DNA of 62,483 nt, the filler included, from a bacterium (GTDB lineage Bacteria; JALSQH01): assembly GCA_027004335.1 (NCBI GenBank). It is 9 parts of 9 records of this genome, joined end to end, with 100 filler letters (N's around TTAATTAATTAA, not from the genome) between each part and the next. Parts side by side here need not be neighbours in the genome. Positions count along the whole stretch, not along the records: positions 51,773 to 62,483 come from JALTID010000106.1; 8 more parts are not named here. One strand, given 5' to 3'. Below the pieces are notes generated by a model that ran no database searches, was not told the origin of the DNA, and was given only the letters and a program-made list of their open reading frames with translations. Each line of letters begins with the position of its first letter. The stretch's first letter is position 1. Below, one piece after another: positions 58,107 through 62,483 of the stretch. The position numbers were made by a program, and so were the translations under genes.

Positions 58107-59350
58107 TAAAAGCACCCACCGGAACGCGAGACATATTACCTGAAGATGTGAAAACATGGCAGAGAATAGAAAAAACCGCCGGAGAGATTTTCACTCTTTA
58201 CGGGTACGAAGAGATAAGAACTCCAATTTTTGAAAGCACCTCTCTTTTTCAAAGAAGTATCGGAGAAGCCACAGATATCGTGGAAAAAGAGATGTACACC
58301 TTCAAAGACAAGGGAGGAAGATCTCTTACTCTCCGTCCCGAAGGAACGGCTCCTGTGGTGAGGGCATATCTGGAGCATCAATTCCCCCAGAGAGATCAAT
58401 TCCAGAAATTCTACTACATAGGACCGATGTTCAGATATGAGAGGCCCCAGAAGGGGAGGTTCAGGCAGTTTCATCAGGTTGGGATTGAAGTATTTGGGCC
58501 GAACCATCCAATGATAGATGTAGAGGTTATCGCAATTCAATGGAGAATATTTAAAGAGTTAGATGTCTCTGATCTTAAAGTCAAAATCAACAGCCTGGGA
58601 TGTGAAAAATGTAGACCGGGGTACAGAAAAGCACTTATAGAGCATCTTAAAAAAAACAGAGAGAGACTCTGCGAAACTTGCCAGAGGAGACTGGAGAGAA
58701 ATCCACTCAGAGTCCTTGATTGTAAAAATCCTGGATGTCAGCAGGTTGTAAGGGAGGGACCAAAAATCACAGATTATCTGTGCAATGATTGCAGAGAACA
58801 TATGAAAAAAGTTACCGATGGCCTTGAATCACTTAAGATCCCCTACGAAGTAGACCCCTTTCTGGTAAGGGGTCTTGATTACTACACAAAAACAGTTTTT
58901 GAATTCATTCATACGGCTCTTGGAGCTCAGAATACAGTTTCAGCGGGGGGAAGGTATGATAACCTCGTAGAGGAATTGGGGGGACCTGAGATACCTGGCA
59001 TTGGATTTGCGTTGGGAATAGAAAGGCTGGTGCTAATTTTAAATGAGAAAGGTTTACCGGAGGAGAAAAAACCATTATACTTCATACCACTGGGTGAAGA
59101 GGCAATTAAGGAAGGAATTAAGATTATGGAAGAACTTAGAGACAGTGGAATCCCTGTTATATGGACGGGTAAAGTGGCAAGTATAAAAGCCCAGCTCAGA
59201 CAGGCAAATAAACGAGGTGCTGACAGAGTTTTAATCCTTGGAGAAAGCGAGATCGAAAATAGAGAGATAAAACTCAAAGATATGAAAGAAGGAAGAGAAG
59301 AAGTAATAAAATGGAAGGATTTAAAAGAGCATTTGCGGTACTACTTTTAA
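58103..59350 (+). CDS. hisS: Histidine--tRNA ligase
   Basis: GTRD, LRPEGTA, FRYERPQKGR.RQF.Q, LVRGLDYY, GGRYD, GFALGIER. Confidence 0.98.
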   Translation: MIKAPTGTRDILPEDVKTWQRIEKTAGEIFTLYGYEEIRTPIFESTSLFQRSIGEATDIVEKEMYTFKDKGGRSLTLRPEGTAPVVRAYLEHQFPQRDQFQKFYYIGPMFRYERPQKGRFRQFHQVGIEVFGPNHPMIDVEVIAIQWRIFKELDVSDLKVKINSLGCEKCRPGYRKALIEHLKKNRERLCETCQRRLERNPLRVLDCKNPGCQQVVREGPKITDYLCNDCREHMKKVTDGLESLKIPYEVDPFLVRGLDYYTKTVFEFIHTALGAQNTVSAGGRYDNLVEELGGPEIPGIGFALGIERLVLILNEKGLPEEKKPLYFIPLGEEAIKEGIKIMEELRDSGIPVIWTGKVASIKAQLRQANKRGADRVLILGESEIENREIKLKDMKEGREEVIKWKDLKEHLRYYF

Positions 59351-59757
59351 GTCTGATTCTTGTAACCAATTATCTTGAGGCAGCCCCATGAACAGCCCTT
59401 GTAGTTTGTGGAAGGGTGGTTCATGCAGCGAGAAGATACAGTTTTTTCAACATCAAAGACAGATTATATTTTAAAAGATCCTACTTCCCGGCTACCACAT
59501 CCTTCCAGACCCCCATTTCAATAGTGTCTAAGTATCACATGAGAGTTTATTTTAAAGCATCCATTACTGATTCAGAAGGAAGAGTTTTAAAAGAATTATC
59601 TTCCTATTTAATAACTCTTACAAAATATCCCAATTTTCTTATAAACTGGGCAGATGTTGTTTTTCCTTGACCGGGGAAGTGTATGATAAAAATTTACATT
59701 GATAAAAAATTAATATATGATTATCCTCTATGGGTTGAAGTTTTTAAGGAAGAGTAA
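59311..59757 (+). pseudogene. Secreted DUF6941-like protein reading frame with two in-frame TGA codons
   Basis: MEGFKRAFAVLLLSLILVTNYLEAAP*TALVVCGRVV...FPAT...VVFP*PGKCMIKIYID...YPLWV; TGA at 59389 and 59668; no frameshift. Confidence 0.6.
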
Positions 59758-59759
59758 AA

Positions 59760-59924
59760 TCAAAAATATTTAATCAGAAGTATCAGAATAATCGCAGTGA
59801 TAGCATAAGCAGCAAAAAATCTTATCCAGTCCTCAAAGATCTCACGCCAGGAAGGTTTGATCTCGTAGTAATTTTTCTCTTCTATTTCTTTTTCTGCGTT
59901 CTTTCTGTCTTTTTTATTGCCCAT
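59760..59924 (-). CDS. Small membrane protein (54 aa)
   Basis: MGNKKDRKNAEKE...WIRFFAAYAITAIILILLIKYF; GAGG RBS and TTGCTT-N16-TATAAT promoter upstream. Confidence 0.6.
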   Translation of the reverse strand: MGNKKDRKNAEKEIEEKNYYEIKPSWREIFEDWIRFFAAYAITAIILILLIKYF

Positions 59925-59978
59925 GATACTCAACCTCTCTATTTAATTATATCCCTGAGAAAAAAATAAGCAAGCCTG

Positions 59979-60028
59979 CGCCTTTCCTCAAAAATAATCC
60001 TACCGAACTGGGTACTGTTTCCTCAGAA
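59979..60028 (-). repeat. Dispersed 50-bp element, copy B
   Basis: 47/50 identical to 40262-40311. Confidence 0.9.
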
Positions 60029-61467
60029 AAAAGAGGAAGGGAAAAGAAATATCCACCACATCTTGCAAAAATACATTGATATCTGGAAATTGGACACGGC
60101 AGTTGTATAAGAATAGGGAGATGTGTCATCCCCTGGTTCATCAATAAATTTGACATAGATGGTTTTTTCTCCATCTCCAGGGATTAGAAACCAGTTTATT
60201 GTGTCTGTTGCTTTAATATTGTATGAAGCATTTAAAGATAGATTGTTGCTTACTTCAATAAAGGCTATATCTGTTGTAAGGTTGCTGAAAAGTAAAGTGA
60301 TTGCAGGATCATTAACTTTGTGGTATTTGTTTACCTCTTTTACAGTAAAAGCTGCTGGCTGTGGAGGAACAGTGTCTTTTATTAATGTGAATGACTCACA
60401 TGTTTGATTATTGGCATAATCTCTGAAGCATCCTGTTTTTTTGTATTTTCCATCCTGTGTAAGGGGAAGGGAGTAGTATTGCTTAAAAGGTTCCCAGCGA
60501 ACAATTTCGTTGCTAGATTTAATTTTCATTTCACTTACACCACTTTCAAAATCAACCATTTTTGCCTTTGAAGTATAATTTCCCTTCAACTTCTTTCAAA
60601 TTCTCTGAATTATAAGGAGCAAATTTCAAGATTTTGGGATCTGCTGTGTCAAGATAAATCTCTCCAATAAAGTTGGGCTTTGTAATCCCGCCAGTCACCA
60701 CAATTGCAATTGTTCACATAATTTCCAATTCTCACCTTTGCTGTATTTAAAACAAATAGATTAAGTCTAACTCCGTTAGTCGCAGAGTAGAAGTAATTTT
60801 CAATGGTAAAATTGCCAGTGTCATCTTTTAAAACATAGGTGGAGTACCCTTCCCGCTGAGCTGTAATGGAAGATACCAGCAGGAATATTTTGAAATATAA
60901 AACTACCATCATCGCCGGCAGTTGTAATGAAAACCGCTGAAGTTTCAGTATAAGAATACTCTTCCTCTTTCGGGGGAAAAAAGCTGGATGTTACAAAACA
61001 CTTTACCCCTTTTGTCCTTCTTAAAATTATTACTGTTCCTTCAGGTGAAACATTTTCATCTGGGCTACTTTGAAGAGAGACTTTCCCTGAAACTGCAAAT
61101 TTAAATACTGGCACTGTGATCGTACCTGTATTTACTCTTTCCCCAATAGATACAGAGCTCTTTTTCCTTACTTCTTCATAATATTTTTCCGAAACAATCA
61201 ATGTATATTCACCCTTTCCTACATCTGTAATTGTAAAATTTCCGCTTTTATCTGTGCTTCCATTATATGTATGTCCATTCCCCTATAGAATTATGTTGAC
61301 ACCGGAGTAATCATTTTCTCCTTCCAGAACAATTTTGCCAGTAACTGTACTTTTTTCTGAAAAATATATGATGACTCAGGATCGTATGGATTCTTATGTT
61401 CAAGATTTGAAGAGCAGGATACAAAAATCCCCATAAAGGTTAAAAGTAGCGCAATGAATTTTTTCAT
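60023..61467 (-). pseudogene. Fragmented large lipoprotein (carboxypeptidase-regulatory-like and Ig-like domains)
   Basis: GAGGAGAGG RBS, MKKFIALLLTFMGIFVSC lipobox, NPYDP; TDKSGNFTITDVGKGEYTL; GDGEKTIYVKFID; pieces lie in several frames with internal stops. Confidence 0.75.
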
Positions 61468-61590
61468 GGAAATAACCTCTCCTCTTAATGTATAATTTAA
61501 TTGGAGTAGCCGGAGAGATTGAATTAATGGTGAGTTGAAGGAAAAGCAGGTACAAAGATTTTGCATTATCCTGTGTTTTTTGTTTGAAGC

Positions 61591-62481
61591 TCACCTCTTC
61601 CTCTTCAACCAGTTATCCACAGTTCCTCTGGAGATATCAAGGATTTTTCTTATCTCTTCCTTGCTCAGGCCTGTTTCTTTTAGAATATCCACCAGCTTAA
61701 ATTTTATTTCATCAAAGGTTGGAAATTTGATCTTTCTTGGATCCCCCTTTAATTCCAGGAAAACATCACTGGTTATCGGGAATTTTAGTCCGCCTGCCCT
61801 GTATTCAAGGGTCGTTTCCCTCCAGAAGTCCTCCTCAAAGATTAGAGCTTCTGTGTATAAGTAATTTAATAGTGTGTTTCTCAATTCCCTTATGTTCCCC
61901 ATTTTCCACGGATAATCCATTAATGTTTCGTAAATATCTCTTGGTAGAACGCTGATTGTTTTCTCTCCATCGGTAGATCTGTAGATTATTTGATGTATTA
62001 GCCTTGTCTTATCCTCCAGTGCCCATTCCCGCAGGGGAGGGAGAGAAAGTTTTAAAGGGGATATTCTAAAATAAAGATCTCTGAGCAGAACAAATGGTTT
62101 ATTTATAGCAAAGTTACCCGTTTCTGGATCAAAAAGTGGTGTATTTACAGAAGAAATTATGCGAACATCAAATTCTTGGAATTTTGTTTCACCAATTCTC
62201 CTGTATCTTCCTGTTTCAATAGCCCTCAGTAGCTTTGCCTGGTTGTTTATGGATAATTTATCTATTTCATCCAGGTAGAGAGTCCCCCCTTCTGCCTCTG
62301 AAATAAGCCCATCGTAGGGGTTGAAGGCACCAGTAAAAGCACCCTTTTTATAACCAAAAAGCTCGCTTAAAAAAAGATCCTCTGGAAATGCAGCACAGTT
62401 TATTGGTACGAAGTTGCCTTCTCTACCGCTCAATATATGAATTGCATTGGCAATACACTCTTTGCCTGTCCCGGTTTCCCC
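61591..62481 (-). CDS. sigma54-dependent transcriptional activator (AAA+ plus HTH), 5' truncated by window
   Basis: GETGTGKE, INCAA, SELFG..KGAFTGA, YLDEI, DLYFR, LPPLRE, GNIREL, C-terminal ISRGTV HTH. Confidence 0.93.
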   Translation of the reverse strand, partial: GETGTGKECIANAIHILSGREGNFVPINCAAFPEDLFLSELFGYKKGAFTGAFNPYDGLISEAEGGTLYLDEIDKLSINNQAKLLRAIETGRYRRIGETKFQEFDVRIISSVNTPLFDPETGNFAINKPFVLLRDLYFRISPLKLSLPPLREWALEDKTRLIHQIIYRSTDGEKTISVLPRDIYETLMDYPWKMGNIRELRNTLLNYLYTEALIFEEDFWRETTLEYRAGGLKFPITSDVFLELKGDPRKIKFPTFDEIKFKLVDILKETGLSKEEIRKILDISRGTVDNWLKRKR

Positions 62482-62483
62482 AT

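Noticed and set aside
61468..61590. sigma54 (-24/-12) promoter downstream of the activator gene
   Set aside because: No convincing TGGCAC-N5-TTGC match seen on either strand.
1..62483. CRISPR array, rRNA, prophage, reverse transcriptase/DGR or integron integrase
   Set aside because: No regularly spaced repeats or recognisable signature genes found by eye.

Overview
This window is not one continuous locus. It is nine assembly pieces joined by artificial 100-bp spacers (44 N + TTAATTAATTAA + 44 N), plus four 10-N scaffold gaps, so gene order across spacers is meaningless. The sequence is AT-rich, gene-dense bacterial DNA. Gene content (four-subunit-type 2-oxoacid:ferredoxin oxidoreductase, glyQ-glyS-ppdK, hrcA-grpE-dnaK, sppA-HIT-lapB, sigma54 activator, many lipoproteins) suggests an anaerobic deltaproteobacterium-like diderm; this is an inference. 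Most genes are housekeeping. The notable items are: (1) the end of an integron cassette array, with a Zn-ribbon + PD-(D/E)xK nuclease gene between two attC-like sites; (2) a molybdopterin reductase operon pairing a Psr/Phs-like catalytic subunit with FdnH/FdnI-type membrane anchors; (3) a 50-bp element (47/50 identical) upstream of promoters on two different contigs; (4) a ThyX with a ~48-aa insert resembling a fragment of an intein Hint domain; (5) a tRNA-Asn-like relic with a palindrome in place of the anticodon arm; (6) a secreted-protein reading frame with two in-frame UGA codons; (7) a 1517-aa Ig-repeat lipoprotein; (8) a GTAG-type REP palindrome, an IS256 remnant and several pseudogenes. 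All family assignments come from motif recognition by eye, not database searches.
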